From assembly GCA_019186845.1 (NCBI GenBank), contig JABARW010000063.1:26337-90336 (forward strand): 64,000 nucleotides of DNA, given 5' to 3'. This DNA comes from Planctomycetota bacterium (GTDB lineage Bacteria > Planctomycetota > UBA8742 > UBA2392). The notes under the pieces were generated by a model, which searched no databases, was not told the origin of the DNA, and saw only the letters and a list, made by a program, of their open reading frames with translations. Made by a program: the position numbers and the translations under genes. Below are positions 30,095 to 38,167 of this stretch, one piece after another; positions within the stretch are counted from its first letter, which is position 1; each line of letters begins with the position of its first letter.

Positions 30095-30454
30095 ATGCCA
30101 GCCCCAAAGGACCACGTCATGATCCCAGACTTCCATCCGCCCCTGGATGCCTGCGTTGTCGTCGCGCCGGACGGCTATGATTGCTGGCGCGAACGCGTTC
30201 AGCGCTTCGCCCAGCGCTGGCTCGATAACCCCATGAGCGAGCTGGTATTCAAGCGCGGCCGCGCCGTGGCAGTACGCTGCGCGATACGGCGCAGCGTACT
30301 GCGCGGGGCACGCAACATTGCCGTCATCGAGCTGTGCGTGACGCGTGAGGGCGAACCCGCCGTGGCGGGCTGCTTTCCGCTCTGCCGCCACATGATCGAG
30401 CGCATCGCCGGGCCGGAGCTCAAGTGGGCGGCCGGCCAGCGGACAGGGCACTGA
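30095..30454 (+). CDS. Hypothetical protein (119 aa), weak call
   Basis: ATG 30095 (MPAPKDHVMIPDF..). By hand count GC3 is about 81% versus GC1 about 72%, which favours this strand over the overlapping minus ORF 30068..30451. No motif. Confidence 0.3.
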   Translation: MPAPKDHVMIPDFHPPLDACVVVAPDGYDCWRERVQRFAQRWLDNPMSELVFKRGRAVAVRCAIRRSVLRGARNIAVIELCVTREGEPAVAGCFPLCRHMIERIAGPELKWAAGQRTGH

Positions 30455-30460
30455 CGAAGC

Positions 30461-31384
30461 TCAGGCCTTGCCCGCACTGCCCAGCAGGCGGATCTTTTCC
30501 TTGATGACCTCGCGCACGGCGTCGCGCGCGGGGCCCAGCAGCTTGCGGGGGTCGAACTCGCCGGGCTTCTCGGCCAACAGCCGCCGCAGCACGGCGGTCC
30601 ACTTCAGGCGCAGATCGGTGTCGATGTTGACCTTGTTGATGCCGCGCAAGATGGCCTCGCGGTAAGAGGGTTCATCCAGACCGTGGGCGTCTTCGAGATG
30701 GCCGCCGTAGCGGTTGATGTCGGCGACGCTGGCGGGGTCCACACTGGAAGCGCCATGGAGCACCAGGGCGATGCCCACCCTGCGTTTGATGGCGCTGATG
30801 CGCTCGAAGTCGATGACGGGCCGGCCCTTGAACTTGTAGGCGCCGTGGCTGGTACCCACGGCGACGGCCAGGGCGTCACAGCCGCTTTCGCGCACAAAGC
30901 GGGCGGCATCGTCTGGGTCCGTCAGGAAAGCCTCGCGCTCGCTGACCTTGACGTGATCCTCGATACCGCCCAGGCGCCCCAGCTCGGCTTCCACGGTCAC
31001 GCCCATCAATCTTGCACGCTGGACAACTTCACGGCTGATGCGGATGTTCTCCTCAAGGGGCGCGTGCGAGGCGTCAATCATCACGCTGGTATAGCCGTGC
31101 TTCATGCACAGCTCGGCCTGAGCGAGATCTTCGCCATGGTCCAGGTGCAGGGCCACCGGCACCGGGGCGCGGTCTGCCACGCTGCGCACCATGGCCACGA
31201 GTGTTTCGATACCCGCATATTTGATGGCACTCGACGAGGTGGCCAGGATGACCGGGGCATTGAGTTCTACGGCCGCCCCCACGGCAGCCTGCACGAACTC
31301 CAGGTTGCTGACGTTGAACTGGCCAATCGCGTAGTTTTCGCGATTGGCCCTCTCGTACATGCGTGAAAGATATTCAAGCGGCAT
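30461..31384 (-). CDS. fba: Class II fructose/ketose-bisphosphate aldolase
   Basis: 307 aa. YAIGQFNVSNLE.., HLDHG, GYTSVMID.S, ELG..GG.ED, AVAVGTSHGAYK, LVLHGASS. Confidence 0.88.
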   Translation of the reverse strand: MPLEYLSRMYERANRENYAIGQFNVSNLEFVQAAVGAAVELNAPVILATSSSAIKYAGIETLVAMVRSVADRAPVPVALHLDHGEDLAQAELCMKHGYTSVMIDASHAPLEENIRISREVVQRARLMGVTVEAELGRLGGIEDHVKVSEREAFLTDPDDAARFVRESGCDALAVAVGTSHGAYKFKGRPVIDFERISAIKRRVGIALVLHGASSVDPASVADINRYGGHLEDAHGLDEPSYREAILRGINKVNIDTDLRLKWTAVLRRLLAEKPGEFDPRKLLGPARDAVREVIKEKIRLLGSAGKA

Positions 31385-31446
31385 GGCCCCATGATCGGAG
31401 CGCGCGGCGGCAATTCAATGCAAAGCCGGAACAAGATGGGAAAGCG

Positions 31447-31914
31447 CTACAGGAAAAGGCCCGCCAGCGTCGAGGGCACGTTGGCGACAAAGGCCACCGC
31501 AAAGCCATAGAAGAGGGCGGGGGCGGGCGCGCGGCAGCCCTCTTTGCCCCAGCGCATGATGGCCAGGGCCACGAGCAATCCCTCGATCGCGACCACGCAG
31601 GACTCGGCAATCACCAGCCATGTGATGTAGACGGGGTCCATTCCTGCGGGCACCAGCGGCGCCAGATAACTCGGGTCAGGCTCGAACCAGGGGAAGTAGT
31701 ACCAGAGCAGAGGGTGCGTCACCAGATTGACGAAGAGCGCGAGCGGAAGGGGAATCCACCAGCGCCGGCAGACCCAGCAGAGCAACAGAAAGTAAATCGG
31801 CCCCTCGATGCTCTGGGTGTGCCAGTGGGCGCGCCACCACAGATCCAGGGGGTTGTAGTCGTTGAGCACCCAAGGAGCGAGCCACTCGGGCACCATGACG
31901 GGGTACTCGCTCAT
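31447..31914 (-). CDS. Hypothetical polytopic membrane protein (155 aa, Trp/Pro-rich)
   Basis: ATG 31914 overlaps the stop of the upstream gene (ATGA at 31911-31914). About 4 hydrophobic helices. No recognised family. Confidence 0.5.
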   Translation of the reverse strand: MSEYPVMVPEWLAPWVLNDYNPLDLWWRAHWHTQSIEGPIYFLLLCWVCRRWWIPLPLALFVNLVTHPLLWYYFPWFEPDPSYLAPLVPAGMDPVYITWLVIAESCVVAIEGLLVALAIMRWGKEGCRAPAPALFYGFAVAFVANVPSTLAGLFL

Positions 31915-32885
31915 GGCGCGGGCCTCGCGCCACTGACAGCGAAGTAGGAAAGAAACGCCAGCTCCAGCCAGCCGTGAAACAGCACGATGGTGAGATAACC
32001 CCAGTTGGCCATGGAGGCGTTCTCAAGTGAAAGGGCAGGCCAGGCCCCGCTGAAGTCCACAAAGGCATAGGCGGGAACGGCCAGCACGCCCACCACAATC
32101 AGCAGCAGACCGGTCACTCCAAAGTCAGAGCGGAGCGATTTCAGGTCCTGGACGAAGGTCGTGGGCGGAGCCGTTTCATGCAGTTCCTGCGGCATGAGGC
32201 GCAACCAAACGGTGTAGTGCATGGCTTGGGCGAAGATGTATGTCTGCACCACGCGAAGCGCCATGGCATCCGGCAGGCCGGGCGCCAGCGCCATGGCCCA
32301 ACCCTCGGCCTCAAACCCCCACACAGGGGCAGCCCAACCCGCGAAGCTCGCCGTGATGCCATCCAGAACGCCGGCCATGATGGCCAAGCAGCAGGCAAGG
32401 AAAAACAGACTGGCCAAGGCTGCCTTGAACCCACCCCCTGCCCGCACTGCAAACAGAAGCCAGATGCCTACTGCTATAAAATTGTGCAGGTGCGCCAGGG
32501 CCAGGCCCGACTCCCTTGGCCAGTACAGGGCCGCGCTGCCAATGGCCGCCACCGCCGCGCCCGTCACCAGGCGCCGCCAGAGTCTTCCCGGCGCGGCAAC
32601 CACCCCGAGCATCACAGCCGCAACGCCAAAGGACACCTCGGCCAAGGCATGGCGCGGCATGTCAAACATCACGGAAACTCTCAGGGCAGTCTGGGCCAGC
32701 AGAGGAATCAGCAGCAAGGCCACAAACCAGCGACGCAGGGCAATGGGCGGCCGCACCAACAGATAGCGAATGTCTCCTACTATATGAGGGGCGCCCAGAA
32801 GGATGGGAGCGAGCAATAGCATCCAGAGGGGAGCCACAGCCGTAATAGCCAAAGCCACGGACATTGAGGCAATAGCCAGGATCAT
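31911..32885 (-). CDS. Hypothetical polytopic membrane protein with four His-containing TM motifs
   Basis: Track ORF opens on TTG at 33002; first ATG is at 32885 (MILAIASMSVALAI..). About 8 helices. Motifs LGAPHIVGD, LAHLHNF, QAMHYTVW, VLFHGWLE. Start uncertain (32885-33002). Confidence 0.5.
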   Translation of the reverse strand: MILAIASMSVALAITAVAPLWMLLLAPILLGAPHIVGDIRYLLVRPPIALRRWFVALLLIPLLAQTALRVSVMFDMPRHALAEVSFGVAAVMLGVVAAPGRLWRRLVTGAAVAAIGSAALYWPRESGLALAHLHNFIAVGIWLLFAVRAGGGFKAALASLFFLACCLAIMAGVLDGITASFAGWAAPVWGFEAEGWAMALAPGLPDAMALRVVQTYIFAQAMHYTVWLRLMPQELHETAPPTTFVQDLKSLRSDFGVTGLLLIVVGVLAVPAYAFVDFSGAWPALSLENASMANWGYLTIVLFHGWLELAFLSYFAVSGARPAP

Positions 32886-32988
32886 CAGCCGCGTGTGGCG
32901 GTCGTGAATGCAGTGGCGCCCCAAGGAGGTCTTGGCGGATATGCGCCAGAACTCCCGCCGAACGGAGTCAGCGAGGTTGACAGGTAGG

Positions 32989-33183
32989 CTAAGCCCGGCC
33001 AAGGCGCCACCTCCAGAAGATGCGCAGCCCCAGCAATGCTGCTGTAACTAGAGCCACGGCGGCCAGCGTGAAATTACTTTCGTCACCAGTTGTGCAATTG
33101 CCCTTGCGCGGAGGCACATCGGCAAGGGCTACCGTGCATTGCACGGCCAGCATCATCATTGCCAGCAAGAGTCGAAAGATCAT
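32989..33183 (-). CDS. 64-aa mini-protein: signal peptide directly followed by CTTG-TM-Arg C-terminal tail
   Basis: ATG 33183 (track ORF opens on TTG 33204). MIFRLLLAMMMLAVQCTVALA|DVPPRKGNCTTGDESNFTLAAVALVTAALLGLRIFWRWRLGRA. The tail is colinear with the adhesin tail at 26739-26831. Confidence 0.5.
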   Translation of the reverse strand: MIFRLLLAMMMLAVQCTVALADVPPRKGNCTTGDESNFTLAAVALVTAALLGLRIFWRWRLGRA

Positions 33184-33542
33184 CCGCAAGTTCCTCGCAG
33201 GCAAGTGGACGAAAAAGAAGATGGAGCGGTTCCGGCTGACCTGGGTGGGTTTAGATGTCGGGAAGTCAGGCGTTTGGGAACCAAAGGGTGCCGCTGGTAT
33301 GAAGCATTGTGTTTCGTTTTGGTTCCAAAACCAGCATTACCGGGTCATGGTTTTGTGTTACGGCCCGGTGGCGACGGAAATAAAACTGCGTGGTTCGAAT
33401 CTGTAAGTATCTATTTTATAATGTTTTGCGACGACACACTGGGGCGGTAACCGGCGCGGGCATCAAGAAATTTCAGTTTGGCACGGACAACGCTTATGCT
33501 TCGGCGCACTGTAAACAAGTCCACCAACTTCGGGAGATAGAG

Positions 33543-34364
33543 ATGCATAGGTTTCTACTGGGAGTCGCGGCTCTGGCGATCGCCTTCTGCGCGAACGCGC
33601 TGAGCGCTCAGGCTGCGGCCAACCCGCAGCTTTCCAGCGACGACACCGCCAAGACGGACACCCATGACCGTCCGGTGGGTGGCGTCAAGATGAAGCTGCC
33701 GGCGCCTGCCGTTGCGCCTCCGACGCAGCCCACACCTCCTCCTCCGCCCCCGGCCCCGACGCCGGTTCCGCCCCCGGAGGATGATGACATTCCCCCGACG
33801 GAGACGCCTCCGGCTCCTCCGCCGCCGGAAGATCCCCCGACCTACTATGACGAGCCTGTGCAGGGCAAGTTCGCCTTCCTGCTCGACTCCTCGGGTTCCA
33901 TGTACGGCTCGCGCATTGCGTCCGTCCGCCAGGAGACGGTGGCCGTCATCCAGCAGCTCACGGAAGACGACGAGTTTGACTGCAACACCTACGGCGGTCA
34001 GCACCCCTCGCCCTGGTACACCGTGTTCCTCTGGGGCTCCCTGCAGCCCGCGACGGACGGCAACAAGAGCGCGGCCATTGCCTGGGTCAACGGCCCTGCC
34101 ACGAACCCCGGCGGCGGCACACCGACCTATGAGAACCTGCAGCGCTCCTGCCAGGTTTACCCCGCCGACCTCGACAAGATGTTCCTGCTGACGGACGGCT
34201 ATCCCAACAGCGGCCCCGGCCCGATTCTCTCGGCCTTCCCCGGCTGGTGGTCGAAGTTCACCGACTGCACCCTGGTCTGCATCTGCATCGGTGGCGTCGG
34301 TTCAGCGCAGCAGTTCATGCAGCAACTGGCGGCCCTGGCTGGCGGCACCTACATCCAGCGGTAG
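33543..34364 (+). CDS. Secreted vWA-domain protein with Pro-rich linker, copy 1
   Basis: ATG 33543 (MHRFLLGVAALAIAFCANALSAQA signal peptide). PPTQPTPPPPPPAPTPVPPPEDDD linker. MIDAS DSSGS in FAFLLDSSGSMYG, later TPTY and LLTDG. Confidence 0.75.
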   Translation: MHRFLLGVAALAIAFCANALSAQAAANPQLSSDDTAKTDTHDRPVGGVKMKLPAPAVAPPTQPTPPPPPPAPTPVPPPEDDDIPPTETPPAPPPPEDPPTYYDEPVQGKFAFLLDSSGSMYGSRIASVRQETVAVIQQLTEDDEFDCNTYGGQHPSPWYTVFLWGSLQPATDGNKSAAIAWVNGPATNPGGGTPTYENLQRSCQVYPADLDKMFLLTDGYPNSGPGPILSAFPGWWSKFTDCTLVCICIGGVGSAQQFMQQLAALAGGTYIQR

Positions 34365-34385
34365 ACACGCCAAAGATTGAAGGAA

Positions 34386-34420
34386 CTTGGGGGAGCGCAT
34401 GCTCCCCCAAGTTCGTTTTT
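34386..34420 (+). terminator. Rho-independent terminator after vWA copy 1
   Basis: CTTGGGGGAGC-GCAT-GCTCCCCCAAG followed by TTCGTTTTT. Confidence 0.65.
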
Positions 34421-34904
34421 CCCAGCCGCGCCAAGCCTGCATGGCGTTGCGGAGGCGAGAGGGGGCCCTGGCACTTCTCGGTGCAGAGAACCACCAACTG
34501 CCCCCCATCCAGTTTCTCCAAATAACTACGCAGTCAAGCCTTATGGCACTGTGCGAGGGGAGCCACGGCCCGAGCCATTGGCCGCGACGTCCAAGCCCCT
34601 ACACTGTCATGCGGGAATCATTGCGAGACTTGCAGCCCTTTTTGGTTACCTGACAGGCCCCGATTGTGACTGCATTGGGTTCCCAATTGGTGCCGTAACA
34701 GCCTGAAATGCCAAAACCAATTGGTTACCAAATGGTCTCAGGCGGGGAACCTTCCGGGAACAAGCGTCTCAACTCCTTGTAAATAAAGCCTTTACGGCTG
34801 TTACACTCCAGGGGGCCTCGGTTGCCGCACATTGCCTGAATTCTGGCACGGCGGGTGCAATAGATTCCTGCGTCCCGATCCCAATTTCCTGACCAGGAGC
34901 AGAG

Positions 34905-35732
34905 ATGAACAGGTTCTTCCTCGGTGTTGTGGCTCTCGCCTTGGCGTTCTGCGCCAACGCCCTGAGCGCTCAGGCCGCAGCCAACCCTGAGCTGTCCAGT
35001 GATGACACCACCAAAACGGACACCCATGACCGTCCGGTGGGTGGCGTGAAGATGAAGCTGCCGGCGCCTGCTGTGCAGCCGCCCACGCAGCCCACGCCTC
35101 CTCCTCCGCCCCCGGCCCCGACGCCGGTTCCGCCCCCGGAGGATGACGACATTCCCCCGACGGAGACGCCTCCGGCTCCTCCGCCGCCGGAAGATCCCCC
35201 GACCTACTATGACGAGCCTGTGCAGGGCAAGTTCGCCTTCCTGCTCGACGCCTCGGGTTCCATGTACGGCTCGCGCGTTGCCTCTGTCCGCCAGGAGACG
35301 GTGGCTGTGATCCAGCAGCTCACGGAAGACGACGAGTTTGACTGCAATGCCTACGGCGGGCAGCACCCCTCGCCCTGGTACACCGTGTTCCTCTGGGGCT
35401 CTCTGCAGCCCGCGACGGACGGCAACAAGAGCGCGGCCATTGCCTGGGTCAACGGTCCTGCCACGAACCCCGGCGGCATGACCCCCACCTATGCCTGCCT
35501 GCAGCGCTCCTGCCAGGTCTACCCCGCCGACCTCGACAAGATGTTCCTGCTGACGGATGGCTATCCGAACATCACCGGCGACGCCTCGGCCATTCTGGGC
35601 GCCTTCCCCGGCTGGTGGTCGAAGTTCAGCGACTGCACCCTGGTCTGCATCTGCATCGGTGGTGTGGCATCGGCCCAGACCTTCATGCAGCAACTGGCGG
35701 CTTTGGCCGGCGGCACCTACATCCAGCGATAA
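34905..35732 (+). CDS. Secreted vWA-domain protein with Pro-rich linker, copy 2
   Basis: MNRFFLGVVALALAFCANALSAQA... Roughly 90% aa identity to copy 1. MIDAS DASGS. Differences cluster at GYPN[ITGDASAILG]AFPGWW. Confidence 0.75.
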   Translation: MNRFFLGVVALALAFCANALSAQAAANPELSSDDTTKTDTHDRPVGGVKMKLPAPAVQPPTQPTPPPPPPAPTPVPPPEDDDIPPTETPPAPPPPEDPPTYYDEPVQGKFAFLLDASGSMYGSRVASVRQETVAVIQQLTEDDEFDCNAYGGQHPSPWYTVFLWGSLQPATDGNKSAAIAWVNGPATNPGGMTPTYACLQRSCQVYPADLDKMFLLTDGYPNITGDASAILGAFPGWWSKFSDCTLVCICIGGVASAQTFMQQLAALAGGTYIQR

Positions 35733-35772
35733 ACGGGACCTTGTGAGGCACCCCGTACTTGGAGGAAAACCG

Positions 35773-35838
35773 GAGAGCGCAAGCTCTCCGGTTTCGATTT
35801 GCGCAGCCACCAGAGAGCGCAAGCTCTCCGGTTTCGAT
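35773..35838 (+). repeat. Perfect 26-nt direct repeat, each copy carrying a GCAA-loop hairpin (tandem terminator-like structures)
   Basis: GAGAGCGCAAGCTCTCCGGTTTCGAT at 35773-35798 and 35813-35838. First hairpin AAACCGGAGAGC-GCAA-GCTCTCCGGTTT (35767-35794). Confidence 0.7.
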
Positions 35839-35923
35839 GGTGCAGCACCCACTTACGTCAAGGCCGCGCTTCCCAGCCGGACGTTCAAGGCTAAAGTAAG
35901 CCGCACCTGCGCAAGAGACTGAC

Positions 35924-38167
35924 ATGGCACTGAACCGGCCCGGCGACAACAAGCCAACACCCGAAGCCGTCCTGCGCGAGATTGCCACCAAGAAGATTGA
36001 GGCGGAGCGGGTACGCAACGCGGAGCTGGCCCAGGAGAACCTGCGCCTTCGCAACCTGGCCGCCGAGCTGCAGCAGAAGCTTTCCCTGCTCAATGCCGAG
36101 GTCGCCAGCGCCCAGCGCACCACGCGCAAGGAACTGGAAGACTACCAGCGCAAGGCCATCGCCGAGATCGACCAGCTCAAGCACCACCATGCCCTGATGG
36201 TGGACCAGCTCAAGGATACCCACCGGCGCCAGGTCGAAGAACTCAAGCACAACCACCAGCGCGAACTCAGCCAGTACCAGAGCAAACAGCAGCGCGTGCT
36301 CTCCAAGGTTGAGCAGGAGCAGGAACTGGAAAGCCGCCGGGTGGCCGAGCTGTCCGAAGAACTGACCGCCGAGAAGGCCGAGCGGGCCCGCCTTGAAGAA
36401 AGGCTGCGCCGCCTCGAAAGCGCCACCAAGCGCAGCGCGGCACGCTTTGGACAGATCACGGGTTTTGAGGTCGCCACTCCCGAAGATGTGTTCAACGTGC
36501 TGCTGGAACTGGCGCCTGACGCCGCGGTGCAGCTCCTGCGCCGCACGGTGAAGGACCTGCGCGCCGCGGCCTCGGCCGTGGAGCGGGCCTTTGCCCAGGC
36601 CGTGAAGGAAGACACGGGCAAGAAGCAGCTTCAGGAAGCAGGCGAGAAGCTGGGCGACGCCATGGCCATGCCGGACACGTCCGACCTTCCGCCGGCCGCG
36701 GCCGAAGCGGTGGAGGAGGCCTTCTCTCTCATCGCTGAAGAAGTCAGCGCCCGGGTCAAGGGCAAGCACTACAGCGTGCTGATCGGCGCGCTGGCCCAGG
36801 AGGCGGCCCGCACGCTGCGCGACGACCGCCAGGACCTCCAGGCGCTCCAGCGTCTCGTCGAAATCGCGGAGGGCACCGAACTGGCCACGGCCGCGCGCCT
36901 GCTGCTCAAGGGCGCAACCTCCCATCAGCAGGCCATGAAAGCCGCCGAGCTGGTGCAGGCCGAGCTCAAGGAGCTCAAGCAGGAATTGCGTGAGCATTCC
37001 GCCAAGGCCAAGAAGCTGGTGGCCGTGGCCGAGAGCGGGCTAGCCGGCGAGTGGGCCGTATCGGCGCTGCAGGCCATGGCCGAACTTCAGCCCCTGCCCC
37101 CGGCCGACCCCGAGGCCTCCAAGCGCAAGTTCTATTCGCGCGTGCTGGAGAGCGCCAAGCTCATCAGCGACCGCATCGACAGCGCCATGAACCTGGGAGC
37201 GGAGGCCGAAGCGGCCCTGCGCGAATCCGACGAAGCCGCCACCCTGCTGGAGGGGCTGGTGGCGGGGCTCCATGAACTGCTCAGCGCCGTGCGCCGCGAG
37301 GTCATGAGCAAGATCCGCGGCGAGGAAGACCAGCGCCTGAAGCTGAAGGCCGAGCGCGCCGCCCTCGAAGCCCTGGGCAAGCGCGGTCAGCGGCTGGCCC
37401 AGGTCTTCGACGAGCAGTTGCGCGCCCTGGACACGATTTTGGGTCAGTGGCGCGCGACCTACACGGCATACTCGGCCATCTCGCGCGACGTCGAGCGAAT
37501 CGTGGCGGGCATCGAGGGCCAGATGCTGGACCTCAATCAACCCCTCGAGAGCGAGCCCGGCAAGCGGCTGTACGGCATCGTGCATGATCTGTCAGAGCAC
37601 CTGGCGGAGTACCGTGCCATCTCGGTCATGCGCCAGCGCATCTTCTATCACCTGCAGAACGCCCGGCAGCGGCCCATCGAGCTCAAGAACGTGCGAGACG
37701 CGGCGCACCGGGTTTTCATCGCTTTGGGCGAGCCCTCGCCCACGGATGCGCAACGAAGCTGGCAGCTGTGCATGGCAAGGCTGTATGACATCTGGGCGTC
37801 TTTGGAGCTGGTTCGCGGCGGCAGCCACAGCGATCTGGCCGTATGCGCCGAGCGCATCGAACCCCTGTTCGAGGCCACCATGGTCTGGGCCTCGAGCACC
37901 CACGTGGAGCAGTGCACGGACAACGAGCAGAATGAGCTGATGCTGACGCTGGCCTACCTGCGGCGGCTCAAGAAGGACGTGCTGGGCATCCATGACCGCA
38001 CCACGAGTAAGGTCGAGCGCAGCGAAGTCGCCGTGGACCAGTTCGAGCACCGCCTCGACGAAATGCCGTTCCCCGACGAATGGGACGTCGTAATGAGGCG
38101 TCTGGCGGGCCGCAAGGGCCCCGCCGGCGACCTGGACGAAACCCAGCGCGAGCCTCCCCGGCGCTGA
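35924..38167 (+). CDS. Hypothetical 747-aa coiled-coil protein
   Basis: Long E/Q/L/A/R-rich heptad-like sequence (KKIEAERVRNAELAQENLRLRNLAAELQQKLSLLN..). No TM or signal peptide. No enzymatic motif recognised. Confidence 0.55.
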   Translation: MALNRPGDNKPTPEAVLREIATKKIEAERVRNAELAQENLRLRNLAAELQQKLSLLNAEVASAQRTTRKELEDYQRKAIAEIDQLKHHHALMVDQLKDTHRRQVEELKHNHQRELSQYQSKQQRVLSKVEQEQELESRRVAELSEELTAEKAERARLEERLRRLESATKRSAARFGQITGFEVATPEDVFNVLLELAPDAAVQLLRRTVKDLRAAASAVERAFAQAVKEDTGKKQLQEAGEKLGDAMAMPDTSDLPPAAAEAVEEAFSLIAEEVSARVKGKHYSVLIGALAQEAARTLRDDRQDLQALQRLVEIAEGTELATAARLLLKGATSHQQAMKAAELVQAELKELKQELREHSAKAKKLVAVAESGLAGEWAVSALQAMAELQPLPPADPEASKRKFYSRVLESAKLISDRIDSAMNLGAEAEAALRESDEAATLLEGLVAGLHELLSAVRREVMSKIRGEEDQRLKLKAERAALEALGKRGQRLAQVFDEQLRALDTILGQWRATYTAYSAISRDVERIVAGIEGQMLDLNQPLESEPGKRLYGIVHDLSEHLAEYRAISVMRQRIFYHLQNARQRPIELKNVRDAAHRVFIALGEPSPTDAQRSWQLCMARLYDIWASLELVRGGSHSDLAVCAERIEPLFEATMVWASSTHVEQCTDNEQNELMLTLAYLRRLKKDVLGIHDRTTSKVERSEVAVDQFEHRLDEMPFPDEWDVVMRRLAGRKGPAGDLDETQREPPRR

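Noticed and set aside
30068-30451. 127-aa minus-strand ORF downstream of fba
   Set aside because: It shares codon position 2 with the overlapping plus ORF. Hand-counted GC3 (about 72%) is lower than for the plus frame (about 81%), so the plus frame is marginally preferred. Neither is strongly supported.
33385-33402. GTGGTTCGAATC T-loop-like motif suggesting a tRNA in the vWA upstream spacer
   Set aside because: The flanking sequence cannot form a T stem (CGTGG vs CTGTA) or an acceptor stem. It is an isolated motif.
33543-35732. vWA paralog pair as a diversity-generating retroelement TR/VR pair
   Set aside because: Differences between the copies are not adenine-specific. They include an indel and whole-loop replacement, and no reverse transcriptase is present in the window.
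34725-35852. 375-aa minus-strand ORF across vWA copy 2 (also 33555..34004 across copy 1)
   Set aside because: It is antisense to the vWA genes, which have a signal peptide and a MIDAS. The Arg/Gly-rich product mirrors the Pro-rich linker on the opposite strand.
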